A stretch of DNA of 64,000 nucleotides. It comes from Raja brachyura (taxonomy: Eukaryota). The DNA lies in assembly GCA_963514005.1 (NCBI GenBank), contig OY740811.1:26474001-26538000 (forward strand), written 5' to 3'. Each line of letters begins with the position of its first letter. Position 1 is the stretch's first letter. Under the pieces are notes generated by a model. It did not search any database, had not been told where the DNA came from, and saw only the letters and a list, made by a program, of their open reading frames with translations. Below, piece after piece: positions 38,030 to 49,987 of the stretch. A program made the position numbers and the translations under genes.

Positions 38030-38622
38030 TTATATGCCTCAAAACGCATTGGCCGGCAGTTCATTCGACTGCAAGAATGATCCCAAACATACTGCTGAAG
38101 CAACTCAAGAATTAGCTTTGAAGCAAAAAAATGGTCAATTCTTCAGTGGCCAAGTCAATCACCCGATCTGAACCCAATTGAGCATGACTTTTATATGATG
38201 AAGAGAAAACTGAAGGGTACTAGCCCCCCAAAACAAGCTTAAGCTAAAGATGGCTGCAATACAGGCCTGGCAGAGCATCACCAGAGAAGACACCCAGTAA
38301 CTGGTGATGTCCATGAATCGCAGACTTCAAGCAGCCATTGCATGCAAAGGATTTGCAACAAAATACTAAACATGACTACTTTCATTTATATGACATTGCT
38401 GTGTCCCATTCATTATGGTGCCCTGAAATGGGGGGACTATGTATAAACACTGCTGTAATCTCTACATGGTGAAACCAAAATGTATAAAAATGGCCTTCAT
38501 TAAAATCTGACAATGTGCACTTTAACCACATGTGATTTTTTCATTAGAAATCTTAAATTGTGGAGTACAGAGGCAAATAAATAAATTATGGGTCTTTGTC
38601 CCATACATTATGGAGGGCACTG
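38030..38622 (+). mobile_element. Tc1-family transposon right half (transposase C-terminus plus IR/DR right TIR)
   Basis: NDPKHTA...WPSQSPDLNPIEH...QAWQSIT...SMNRRLQAAIACKGFATKY*; ends GGAGGGCACTG-TA; inner direct repeat TGTCCCATTCATTATGG near 38402. Confidence 0.92.
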
Positions 38623-38704
38623 TACATTTTCTTTCCGTTAATTAAAGATTTTTAAATGGCAAATGGCAGACTACTGAGATCACAATCAGGCACGGAAATC
38701 GCTG

Positions 38705-39750
38705 TCAAAACATGGGGGGGGGGGACACAATTTCTTGGCATGTGCCCACACATGTGAGGCTTCGGCCGTTGGCCCCGTCTAGTATCTTTGCTGTGGACGG
38801 TAACATCGGGAGCTCACCTGGTTGGTGACCGACTCCAAACTCCAGCAACAGCAGGGTCATCCGTTCCGAATCGTGCGGCTTGAATCGGCCCATTCACGGG
38901 GCCTTCCATCCACCAGCGAGGGCTTCAACATCGGGAGCCTCGATCGCCTCGACACAGCAATTTGACCGCTGGGCGATGGAAGATGAAAAGCCCCACGAAC
39001 GGGCCAATTCAAGCTCCGCTCTATGATCTCCATGACTCTGACTCATTTAAAACCCGACTGTGTGACTTAATGTTTGGAGTTTTAAATAATCCTAACGTCA
39101 GACGGGAGTGGCGCCCCCAGGCAGTGCAGAGAAGCAGCGCTAAATCCAGCTCAACTCTGCCTGTCTCGCCAGGTTAACCTACAGCCCTGCCTGGACTGAC
39201 GGGACACCAGTCCGGAGCCGTGGAGCTAGCGCTGCTTCTCCGCGCTGGCTGTAAACCTGGGCCGTCGTTCCCGTAAGTCCAGGCAGGGCTGTAGGTTAAT
39301 CTGGCGGGACAGGCAGAGTTGAGCTGGATTTAGTGTTGCTTCTCTGTGCTGGCTGTGGGCCTAGGGGCACCGCCCCCGTCTGATTCCCGACGTCTCTGGC
39401 CACCCCCGGGCGTGGGGCACTCGGATGGGGACGGGGATGGTCCAGTGGCGGTTCGGCAGCAATTGCGGCGCCGAAGACCCGGGATCCCATCCTGGCTGCG
39501 GATGAGGCGCAGGTCTGTGTCCAGGGCTGCCAAGATTGTTTTTCGCTTGTGACCGAGGCATGCAATTCAAGCTCCGCTCTATGATCTTTGTTCCACCAGG
39601 ATGTCTCCCTCCTCCAATCACCCCGCCCTATCCTCAGTTCCACCCCCCTACATCCGCCTCTGACCGACACCTCCCTCATCGCGCTGAATCATCATGGTCC
39701 CCCCCTCCCCCGGGATTTCCGCCCCTGATCACACCATTTACTCTTCCATA
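38705..39750. mobile_element. GC/CpG-rich unclassified repeat complex with long hairpin
   Basis: Sharp GC rise; inverted arms 39098-39204 and 39269-39383; 25-bp direct repeat at 39005 and 39563. Confidence 0.55.
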
Positions 39751-40579
39751 AATACCAATCCAAGCACTGCATGCCTTAAAATTGACAACTGATGTAGGAT
39801 TTTCCTAAATGGGAATGATCAATTCTTTTTAATCAACATGACAACTGAGGTTTCATTAATAATGATGTGAATGGCCTTCAATAGGCAGGTTTCAACAGAC
39901 CAAGGCCTTATAATAAGAAGTATAAAAAGTAATTGTTGAACAGGATTTGACGGCTGGAAATAATGAAAAATGGTTTATCTCCGGCTTTAAGAAAACTCAC
40001 AAAAAGCCAATATTTTTTATTGAACTTCTTATAATGTTATTTGATAAACGATTTGACATTTGATTGACTGTCTAATATTCAGGTGTACCCCTCAGCCTTC
40101 TTCACTCCGGGAAAACAAGCTCAGCCTAGAAAATGTCTCCTCCTAATTAATGTCCACCAATTCAGGCAAGATTCTGGTGAATCACCTCTGCATTCTCTTC
40201 AGCACAAGATAGTGTGGTGACCAGAATTATGCGCTGTCCTTCAAGCCTGGCCTAATCAGTGTTTTGTAAATGGTGAGGTATTTTGCAAGGGATCTAAGCC
40301 TGAAGTAAAGGATGGTCAAATCCATTTGCAGAATCTTGCTAATGTAATCGGAACAAGAATCATTCTACACTGGCCAAGTTGTCAAGTCAATTTAATTGAA
40401 ATATGGGGTCAAGGAAAGCGACCCTGCTTCCACCAATCTTTCCACCACTATACACAAGAAGCACTAGAAGCGCAAGTCGCCATTGTATGCAGATGCCGAG
40501 AAGTGTGTTCAGCTCTGGTTGAACAATTTCTAATCTTGTGACGTGGACTTGATAAAAATAATTGAAATATGCACGTATA

Positions 40580-41330
40580 GTAAGTACAGGTACAATTAAA
40601 ATCTTGCTTACTGCCACATCACAGACACATAGACTAAGACAACACACAAAACACAGACATTCTGCAAAACAGTGAAAAAATGACTGCAAGAATAAGACAT
40701 TAGTGCAAAACATAATTAGATAAAAAACAAGTTGATGGTAGTGCATGGGGTGTCAGTGTTCCACTGTTGAAGTCGGATTAGGATTGTGCAGACAAGGACA
40801 AGACCCTAATGGATGTACCAAAGGAGCTGTTCCTGAACCTGGTGGTGTGCAACTTCTATACCCCATGGTAGCAGCGAGAAGATGACATGGCCTGATAGAT
40901 GCTGTGTACTTGAGGCAGCTCCTCGTGTAGATGCATTTGATTGTTGGGAGAACTCTGCCCTTAATGAACTGGGCTGAATCCGCCATTCTATATAGCCTCT
41001 TGCATTCCTGTGCATTGCAATTGCTGTTCTAGGCTATTATGCAAACAGCCAGGATACTTTCTACAATAACAGTCTGTAAAGGTTTGTTAGAGTATTTGTT
41101 GACATGCCCAATCTATTTAGACCTCAGCAAGTAGGGGCGTTGCAAGCCTTCTTCATGTTTTCCATCTTTGTGCCAGGCCCAGGGAAAGGTCATCTGAGAT
41201 GCCAATGTCCAGGAATTTGAAGTTGCTAACTCTCCCCACCACTGACCCACCAATAAAAACTGGTGCAAGGCTCCCGACTTCCCTTTCCTGATGTCAACAT
41301 AAAGTGCCAGATCGGGGATGTTATGAGGAT
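40580..41330 (-). mobile_element. Decayed Rex1-like LINE 3' part
   Basis: Minus-strand LRSK*IGMSTNTLTNLYR...ESILA...AQFIKG..LPTI...RFRNS remnants; Rex-type tail. Confidence 0.65.
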
Positions 41331-44147
41331 GTTCCACTGATACACATGTATCATGTGTATGTTCCACATGTTCCACTGATACACACTGAACGTTACATGA
41401 ACAGGTGGAGTTGTGTTGTATTTTTTAAATCGCAGAGTGCATATCTTTGTCAGGAAAAAAAAAAACAATTAATGCTGTTAAAAAAGGATTAGAAATGGAG
41501 ATGGGGAGTATCACTAGCTTGGATCTGGATTTAAACCACACGCCACAATAACAGTTCATCATCTACACGGCACTTCATTGCAACACATGAGAGGAGCTCA
41601 GTGTTACAGGTACTGACTCTGACTTTCTGTTCAGAAGGATTTTTAAATATGCAGAGGCAAACGCTTAAGGAGAAAATACGTTCTTTTGGTATTTTGGAAT
41701 ATATTGTCCTCAGCCAGAGCCACCAAAAGTAGGCTAACTTTATATTCAAAACATTTGTCTATAATGAAGTGGCTATATTCAAAATGGCTCGCATTTACCC
41801 AATTATCACTGATCACTATCCTTGATTATAATAGGAAGCATTCAGAGGTTTCTGAATGTCACAATAAAATATTTTATAAATGCAATTATTTTTTATTTCC
41901 CTTCATACCTTGTATTACTCCTACAGTGGGCCTTGGATCTGACAAGAGTTGCTTAAAATACAGATGCAGATTTTCCAGGCTTTCCCTGTATAATTTTAGA
42001 CTGCTGAAATCTAAATCCATTACTTACTCCTGTCATTATTTTTGTGCAGAGTTATTCAATTTTACAATGCTAAAACCAAGATCTTCTGCATGAATTAAAC
42101 CAGGTTTCCACTACTCTCATGAGGAGCAGAAAGCCCTCATCCTGACACATAATTTAATATTGTTTAAAAAGACTGAACGTGATATATTTTAACCCATGAT
42201 CATTTCATCATAATCAAGTGAACAGTAACCCAGTGGGAAACCAATTAAATGCTGACATGGTCAAATATTATTAGTGAACTGCTCTAAGTCTGGCTACATG
42301 GAGATCTCCTAGCTGTAAGAAGTACGACTGAAATGAAATGCTTCCTTTATTATGTATGCGTTAAGCTCCCTGCATTAATTTGCACTGAGCCATATCCCTG
42401 AGAATTAACCTTTGCATGGACAATACCACCACATCATTTTATTCACTTACACACCACCGTGAGAAAGGCAGAGATAGACCAAGATTGCGGGAATTTTTTT
42501 AATTGAAAGGACTAACATTGGAGATGGGCTAGATCAAAAATTGGGAAAATCCATATTATCTACCACATGATTAACCACAGTTTTCTGCTGGCTGTAATTA
42601 ATTTGTTGACTGATCATTAGAACAGTGTTCCTCGATTTGTTTATGCAACATCAGCATGTCGACTCAACATTCTTGGGGCCAAGTTGGGATCACCTCTCCC
42701 AACCTCCAAAAACTGTGTCCTGGCTCTATGTTGAGCCATAGTGCGCACATGTTTCTATCGCCATCTCCCATACCCCAGTCACCCTGCTCCTTTCCTTGCT
42801 CGATTCCCATTCTCGAGTCCCACATTTTCCTTTTATCCCCCCTCCTTCCCCTCTCCCCTTCCACCAATATCCTTCCCAATGGGGAATGCAGAAGCAGGTC
42901 AAAATCCAGTATAGCATGAGTTACCGCTCACCATGCTCATTGCAATTATGAATCCATACAATGTTTATGAAAGACAACTTGCTACTTGCAAGTCAAGAGT
43001 AGTCCTTATTAGAACAGTTAGTGCAGGCAAGTTCACTCCTCCATAGAATGGCCCTCTGCGTTCACAGTTCATCGCCACAATAACTATCACACGGGTGGGG
43101 CCAAGACAACCCCTGACCATAAACCTGCAAGAATATAAATAGACATCCTCAGGCCAGAGAGTGAAAACATCAGCCAGGCCCCTGTACCCTGGTTTTCATT
43201 ATCTTTTAACTACCAGTGGAGCAGTGGGTTTGTGTAAAATAAGTGAGGACAAGGTTAAATCTTGCTACAAAAGCAAACAATCGAATTGTATGCTATATCT
43301 CAAAGCTGCGATTTACACATACAGGCATGCCCAGGTGGAAGCCCAGCACAAATCTACTGCAGCACTTTGTAAACCAGCATCTGCAGCTCCCTGTGTCTTC
43401 AAGAATCTGCTACTAAATCACTAGCACCGGTCAGGACCTTTAAGGCACAGTTGTGAAATTAGTAATAAAATCTATGTTGGTTAGATGCATTTGACACATT
43501 TACACATTTTAATTGCATTAATTATACAAGGAGCAGTTTAGTGGGTAAACACCATCATATTAGATATGATTTTTTTCTGCCCAAGGAAATTTAACATCTC
43601 CCTGCTCTTCAAATACTTTTTAGGATCAACATCCGAATTAACAGTTATCCCGTTGAATACAGGAATCTACCAATATTATCCAAATGGAACAACATAACGT
43701 GTGGAAATTGAGATTTCTGAGGGTGCTGACATGTGCATTAAAGTTGTCACAACAATGTTCTGTGCCAGCGAGTAAACAAATCAGTTAGTGGGATGTGGCA
43801 AATGATCTCTACTCAGCAACATAGTAAGGCAATCATAATTCCACGAGAAAAGCATTGGTGTGACTACACTTGGAAAGGTGTTCTACCCACCACAGTATTG
43901 AAATGTTAATTCAACTGTGTAATGGATGCAGAAGAGAGTATTCAGAAGGATTGAAGGGGTGGGGGAACTGGGTGATAAGGACCATTTCCACACTGGAAAA
44001 GAGATATAACATTGTTTTACAATTTGAAAAGGTAACATGAACACACGAGATAGAAGGAGGGTTTCACCGTTCAGCCCGATGTGCTTTCTCCACCACTCAA
44101 TGAGATCAAGGGTGATCTTTTGTATTCCTAACACTTCTCTGGATTAG

Positions 44148-44600
44148 GAACATGGAAAAATAGGTGCAGGAGTAGGCCATTCGGCCCTTTGAACCAGCAC
44201 CACGATTCAATATGATCATGACTGATCAACCAAAATCAGTACCTCGTTCCTGCTTTTTTCCCCATATCCCTTGATTCCGTCAGCAATAAGAGCTAAATCT
44301 ATCTCTCACTTGAAAATATCCAGTGAATTGGTCTCCACTGCCTTCTGTGGCAGAGAATTCCACAGATTCACAATTTTCTGGGTGAAAACGTTTTTCTTCA
44401 TCTCAGTCCTAAATGGCCTATCCCTTATTCTTAAACTGGACTCCCCCAACATCAGGAACATTTTTCCTGCATCTAGCCTGTCCAATCCCTTAAGAATTGT
44501 ATATGTTTCTATGAGATTACCCCTGTATCCTTCGATTCCCTTAATATTTAAAAAGTTATTGATTTCTATCTTGGATGTACTCAGTGTCCAGGTCTCCACA
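44148..44600 (-). mobile_element. CR1 3' end fragments
   Basis: LIETYTILKGLDRLDAGKMF...FTQKIVNLWNSLPQKAVE. Confidence 0.9.
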
Positions 44601-45369
44601 GCACTCGAACAAATACAATCTGGATGTATTTCTGTCAGAGAATAATTCTTTGGGATCCATTTGATAGACATAATGCAACACAAGATACCTCCACCATTGG
44701 GGTAAAAAATAAAATTTGTAGTGTCTTTGAAATGTATTTTGAAAGAAAAATATTAGGGGCAAATACTGCAGCTTATTTGGCCCATGCAACAAAAGATTCA
44801 TTTCCAGCACATTATGCCTTGATCTGTGGAAGACTAATTGATGCAGAATGATTGCTGTGATTATTAAACAGTTCCGTTATTCTGCTATGATGCAACCAAG
44901 GGATGTTGAGGAGGGCCAAATATGTTCTTACCAGCAATCTCTATGTTTCTGTAGACTTGAAATGTTAACTTAGATTCAGTTCACAATAGGGAACCAAATC
45001 CATCTAACTCAGAGATTGCACAGGATATGAATACAAGTTATTTTGCAAAATTCCTTCATGCACTCTGTTAGTTCTTGGTGATGCTGCTGCCTAAAATATT
45101 TATTGATTAAAATATATCCCACGTCATCTCTCTTGCATCTGCTTCAGCATTACAATCCTGTCTTGTTCAATAGAGCGAGAAATAACAGATAAAGCATAAG
45201 CATTTTTCTTTCCAAAGGAGATATCTACATTGAATTTTTGGAATCAGAACTTTCCATCTTCACTTCTGAAATGTAGTTGATAAAATGGCAAGCGATAGTT
45301 GGAACATTCAGAATAACACCAATATTATATCTTTAATGTAGTAACATATATGAAACTCTTCACAATAGC

Positions 45370-45860
45370 ATTTTCATACAAGATTAGTCACTGAATCAAA
45401 TGAAGAAATTGGGGGGAAAAGGACGAGCAAAATATTGATCAAACATGCAGGTTTTAAGCAGTATCTTAAAAAAGGCGGAGATAGAAAAGTGTAGAAATTC
45501 CAGAGGGTCTCAACTGCTGAAAGAATAGCCACCAAATGGTGGAGCAATGAACTTTGAGACTGCACATGAGATTGGAGCTGGAGTTCATAGCTTGGGGGGC
45601 TTGAAGGGATCACAGAGATAGAGAAGAGCCGGCCCACAGTGGGAGGTGAAAATAAGAATGAGAATGTTCAGAATCAGGCCTTTTTAGACTGGAAGCAATG
45701 AAAGTCAGCATGCACTGAAGCGATAAATTGGATTTGCAATTTGGAGATCGGCAACTATGCTTTGGATAAGGTCAAGTTACAGAGGGCACCACAATAGGAT
45801 AGGTATTGTTGAATCTGGAATTAACAAAGAAATGGACAAGGTTTCAGCAGCATGAGGTGA
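45370..45860 (-). mobile_element. Old L2-like LINE 3' fragment
   Basis: GGTTTTAAGCAGTATCTTAAA...AATTCCAGAG...CCACCAAATGGTGGAGC; similar relics at about 7440-7640 and 37540-37680. Confidence 0.5.
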
Positions 45861-46024
45861 GACAGAGTCGAGACTCTGCAGTAAGTAATTTCAGTAAATC
45901 AAATCACTGTTAAAGCTGGATTACTATTGGAATTCAGATAGTCTGCAAAACCCAAAACATGTAGTCAAAGACAGAGGGTTAGAATAAGAAGCATATGTAA
46001 AAGAGCAAAAAAAATAGGAGAAAC

Positions 46025-46310
46025 ACACGTCTGAAGAAGGGTTTCGGCCCGAAACGTTGCCTATTTCCTTCGCTCCATAGATGCTGCCTCACCCACTGAG
46101 TTTCTCCAGCATTTTTGTCTACCTTCGAGTTTCCAGCATCTGCAGTTCCTTCTTGAACAAAAAAATAGGAATGATTATCTGCATCTCAACACTGGTGATT
46201 TTAGATTTTAGGTCTGAAGAAGGGTCTCGACCTGCAAAACGTTGCCTATTTCCTTCGCTCCGTAGATGCTGCCTCACCCGTTGAGTTTCTCCAGCATTTT
46301 TGTCTACCTT
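46025..46310 (+). repeat. Tandem pair of Penelope terminal repeats, each with a hammerhead-like core
   Basis: CTGAAGAAGGGTTTCGGCCCGAAACGTTGCCTATTTCC at about 46031; CTGAAGAAGGGTCTCGACCTGCAAAACGTTGCCTATTTCC at about 46214. Confidence 0.85.
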
Positions 46311-46479
46311 AGAATGTTCAATGTTCATTTGGTTCAGGCATTGTTGCAAAGGGAAGGGGAAACTGTTACAGCCAATGATAAAAAATCATGAAACTTTCAG
46401 GAATATATACCGTTCCCTTATTAATACAATAATGTGAATGAATGCTGAGAGACATAGACTAACAGAATGTAAATTCACA

Positions 46480-47520
46480 CTTAGGAAATTAATGTGTAAG
46501 AGTAACGTACGTATAAGAGAACTGTCTGACAGGCGGGAATAACATAGTTCTCATACAAAAGGCACGTAGTGACTAGTGGGTACCGCAGGGATTGAATCTT
46601 AGACCATGGCTTTTCAGAATATATATTAAGGCTTAGATGAGGGAATTCATGGTAATATCTCCAAGTCTGTGGATGACAGAAAGCTGGATGGGAGCATGAG
46701 CTGCAAGGAAGATCCAATCTGATTTGGACAGGTTTAGTGAGCTGGCAAAATAAGTGTGATATGGATAAATCTGAGGGTCTCCATTTCAGAAGCAACGAGG
46801 AAGGCAGAATATTATCTAAGCATCAATAGACGAGGAACTGGGGAGATACAGTCAGGCCGGGGTCTTGAAGAAAGTAAGGATGCAGATACAGCAAATGTTG
46901 GAAATCTGAACTAAAAGTAATTGAATGTATTTAATGTACAGAAGGTGATGAAGAGATTTTCAACTCAAAATGTAAACTCTGTTCCTTTTCCACAGATACT
47001 GTTTTACCTGTTGCTTTTATCTGCTGCAGCAGGCAGTTAAGATGATAAAAGATAAGTTGCCCTTTATCGATGGACAATTTGGGTACCGGAGCAGGGATGC
47101 CTTGCTGCATGTTAAAGGACTTGTTATTACCACACCTTGAGTATTTTGTGTGCATTTGTTCTCCATTTCCGAGGATGGATGTTCTTCCAATAGAAGAAGA
47201 AGCCAAGGTTTTCAGATGAATTCCTCAGATGGCAGGACTAAGGTATGAAAGGAGATGGGGACAATTATGCTTATATTTATTCTAGTTGAGTAGAAAGAGG
47301 AGGGGACCTCATTAAAAATTATAACAACTGATGGACAGGCTAGGTACAGGAAGACTGTTCCCTGGTGTTATCGACCAAGGATCATTTAGAACAAAAATGC
47401 GGAAAAAGCATGTCACCCACAGAGTAGTAAATGTATAATATTGTCTAGCATGGCAGGCAGCAAATGTCAGATCATTAAGTATATTCAAGGGGACTTGAAT
47501 TATATTTTTCTGTCCACCAA
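46480..47520 (+). mobile_element. Decayed CR1 RT-to-3' fragment with an old Penelope-type insert (about 46875-47025)
   Basis: VTSGYRRD (VTSGVPQG degenerate), PHLEYFV, GDLIK remnants. Confidence 0.65.
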
Positions 47521-47639
47521 TTTAAACCATTTGGCAAAAGGTTTTAAAATGGTGGGAAGGGGAATTCTGCAAATATTATTTCACGGCTCAGCTTCACCCC
47601 AACCCGTTTCCTTTTCCAATTAATATAAACACCTACATG

Positions 47640-48150
47640 GCAAACCCTTCGCTCTGCCCGCCTGAACCAACCTGATCTCCCGGTTGCTGAACACTTTCAT
47701 TCTCCTTCCCATTCCTACACAGACCTTTCTGTCCTAGGTCTCCCCCATTGTCAGAGTGAGGCTAAACACAAATTGGCAGAACAGCATCTCATATTTCACT
47801 TGGGCAGCTTACAGCCAAGATTAATTTCTCTCACTTCAGGTGGTCCTCTCTGAAGGCTCTGAGTTGGTTCCCTCTCTCTCTCCATCCGTCCCCCACCCAA
47901 GTCGCACGAGCTTCTCATTTTCACCTAATAAACAGCTAACAAAGGCCTGTTTCCTTTATCTACCTGACTTCCTTGCACATCTTTCATTCATTGTTCTTAA
48001 TCTCTCCACATCACCATCTATTTCTCTCGTTTCTTTTATTCCTAATCAGTCTGAAGAAGAGTCTCGACCCGAAACATCACCCATTCCTTCTCTCAAGAGA
48101 AGCTGCCTGTCCCGCTGAGTTACTCCAACTTTTTGCTTCTATCTTCTGGC
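47640..48150 (+). mobile_element. Penelope-like element 3' end
   Basis: PDLPVAEHF...KLAEQHLIFHLGSLQP, then the terminal repeat with CTGAAGAAGAGTCTCGACCCGAAACATC. Confidence 0.85.
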
Positions 48151-49228
48151 AAACCTTTAATTTGAATTTAATTTGGGTAAGTGCAGTTTAAACCTCAGAG
48201 TTGACTGACTGTGGTAGCATCCGAGGCCAACTTGCCCATACATTGTCCATCATTGATTGAACACGGTTCCTTGTCTATTTCAAGAACACACAGTCTTTTC
48301 CTTCGCCTAAAATATTCGGTGTCATTTTCCATCTTTCTATTTTCTTTACATGTGTTCTCCTTGTCTTTCGTTATTTGTACTCCAATTTGTCGCGATTACA
48401 AAGCCGCTGAGCATAGTTTGAGAACATTTATGAAATAAAGACGAGTTAATCTTTTTTTCCTTGCAATAAAATGGGGGACTGCATTCGCAAATTTAGGTGC
48501 AAGGCAGTGTCACATGGCAGAGCACACACAAAGTTCAAACTATGCAAGACAAGAGAGGTCAATTGTCAGCTCGATTATCCCCACATTTGATAATCATCCA
48601 GTGACCTCTGCTGCAAATTACATGCCCATAAACATCAGTTGAAGGCACGTTAGAACTGGGCTGTGATGCTTTCAGCAGGTGAAGATCCAATGCTACTCTC
48701 TGCTTAAATGAGACATGGGCACTCCGCCAAGCTATTGGACGAGCTCCTTAGAATCGTAACGAAAATAAAAATGCTGAAATATTCAGCAAGTTGAGCTGCA
48801 TTCTTGAGAAGAGAACAGTTAACATTTCAGGTCAAAGGCCGTTCGTCAGAACTGGGAAGCAAACAAAAAATGTTTGTCAAATTGCAGGGGAGGTGGGGAA
48901 GGGGTGGGATTGGGTCCCAATAGAATAAAATATGGATGATCATTGGGATAATCAGTAAATAAGGCTGGTCAATGAGTGAATGGGAGCTTAATCCCAATGT
49001 CACCCGCATCAGAGACATTTACCCCCTCCAACGTCCCTGCAGTTTAATAAGCTTTTGTCTTCTTCCAGGTTATTAAGAAGCATCTGTGACCTGAAACAGA
49101 TGCAGCCTGACCTGCTGCGTAATGCCAGCATTTTGTTTTATTTTAGATTTCCAGCTCTTTAAAAAAAAATCGGTGAGAACTATATTCCGGGAGCAAAATC
49201 TGAGGAAAAGACAGAGGAGGTGAGAATT

Positions 49229-49564
49229 TTTAAAAATATATATTTTTATTTATTAGAAGCAAGTGTACAAAAATAAAACCAACGGCATATAAAATTGTAC
49301 AGTTATTGTACAGTTACCTTTTAACTTTTTAGCTATAGTTGGAAGAAAGGAAAAGAGAAAAAGCAAGAGAGAGAGAGAAAAAGTGAGATGTGCAAAGATA
49401 CAACCCCGAGACTACCACAGTGGTGTAGCCAAAGAGTGAATAAATGAAAGAAAGAAAAGAGGAATAGAAAAAAAAACATAAAAGGACAAAAAGAGAAAGA
49501 AAATAAAAAAGTGGTGATATACCTGCCTCACATCCTTCCCCACCCACCTCGCCCAACCCAACCC
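49229..49564 (-). mobile_element. 5'-truncated retro-insertion (L1/Tx1-like 3' UTR) with 14-bp TSD
   Basis: AGGAGGTGAGAATT at 49215-49228 and 49565-49578; minus strand is G-rich then T-rich, with AATAAA and an A-rich end. Confidence 0.75.
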
Positions 49565-49987
49565 AGGAGGTGAGAATTGAACGCAACTTATTTTGCAAAT
49601 ACCATGAACAGCCCTATAGCGAGTTTGATCACCGGAATTATTTGGAAACAGTAAGTGGAATAGAAAAAATTAAAACATTTCAGCTAATCCAATCCTGACT
49701 CATCCGCAGGGAGTGATACAATGGCAGACAGATTCAAATCGCATGGTGAAGGAAACTGCAGGAGTGTGGAGAAACAGCTGTGAAGTAGAACACATCGCTC
49801 TACTAAATGGCAAGCACCGAGTTGAATGGGCTGAATGAGCTGCTTCTCCACTGTACAGTTCAATTGTATGGTTACCACAGCAATACCTTGTGACATAAAT
49901 CATTCGTAAAACATTTAATTCGCCCTATTTCACATGCAAAAACTTGCAACAAAAACTGTTCTTCATTATACCTGCGTTTTCAGCCAA

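Noticed and set aside
38705-39750. CpG island promoter
   Set aside because: Internal inverted and direct repeats and abrupt edges point to a young repeat; no adjacent exon was found.
41329-41386. Direct repeat ATGTTCCACTGATACACA x2
   Set aside because: A small local duplication at the edge of a decayed Rex1 copy, with no further structure.
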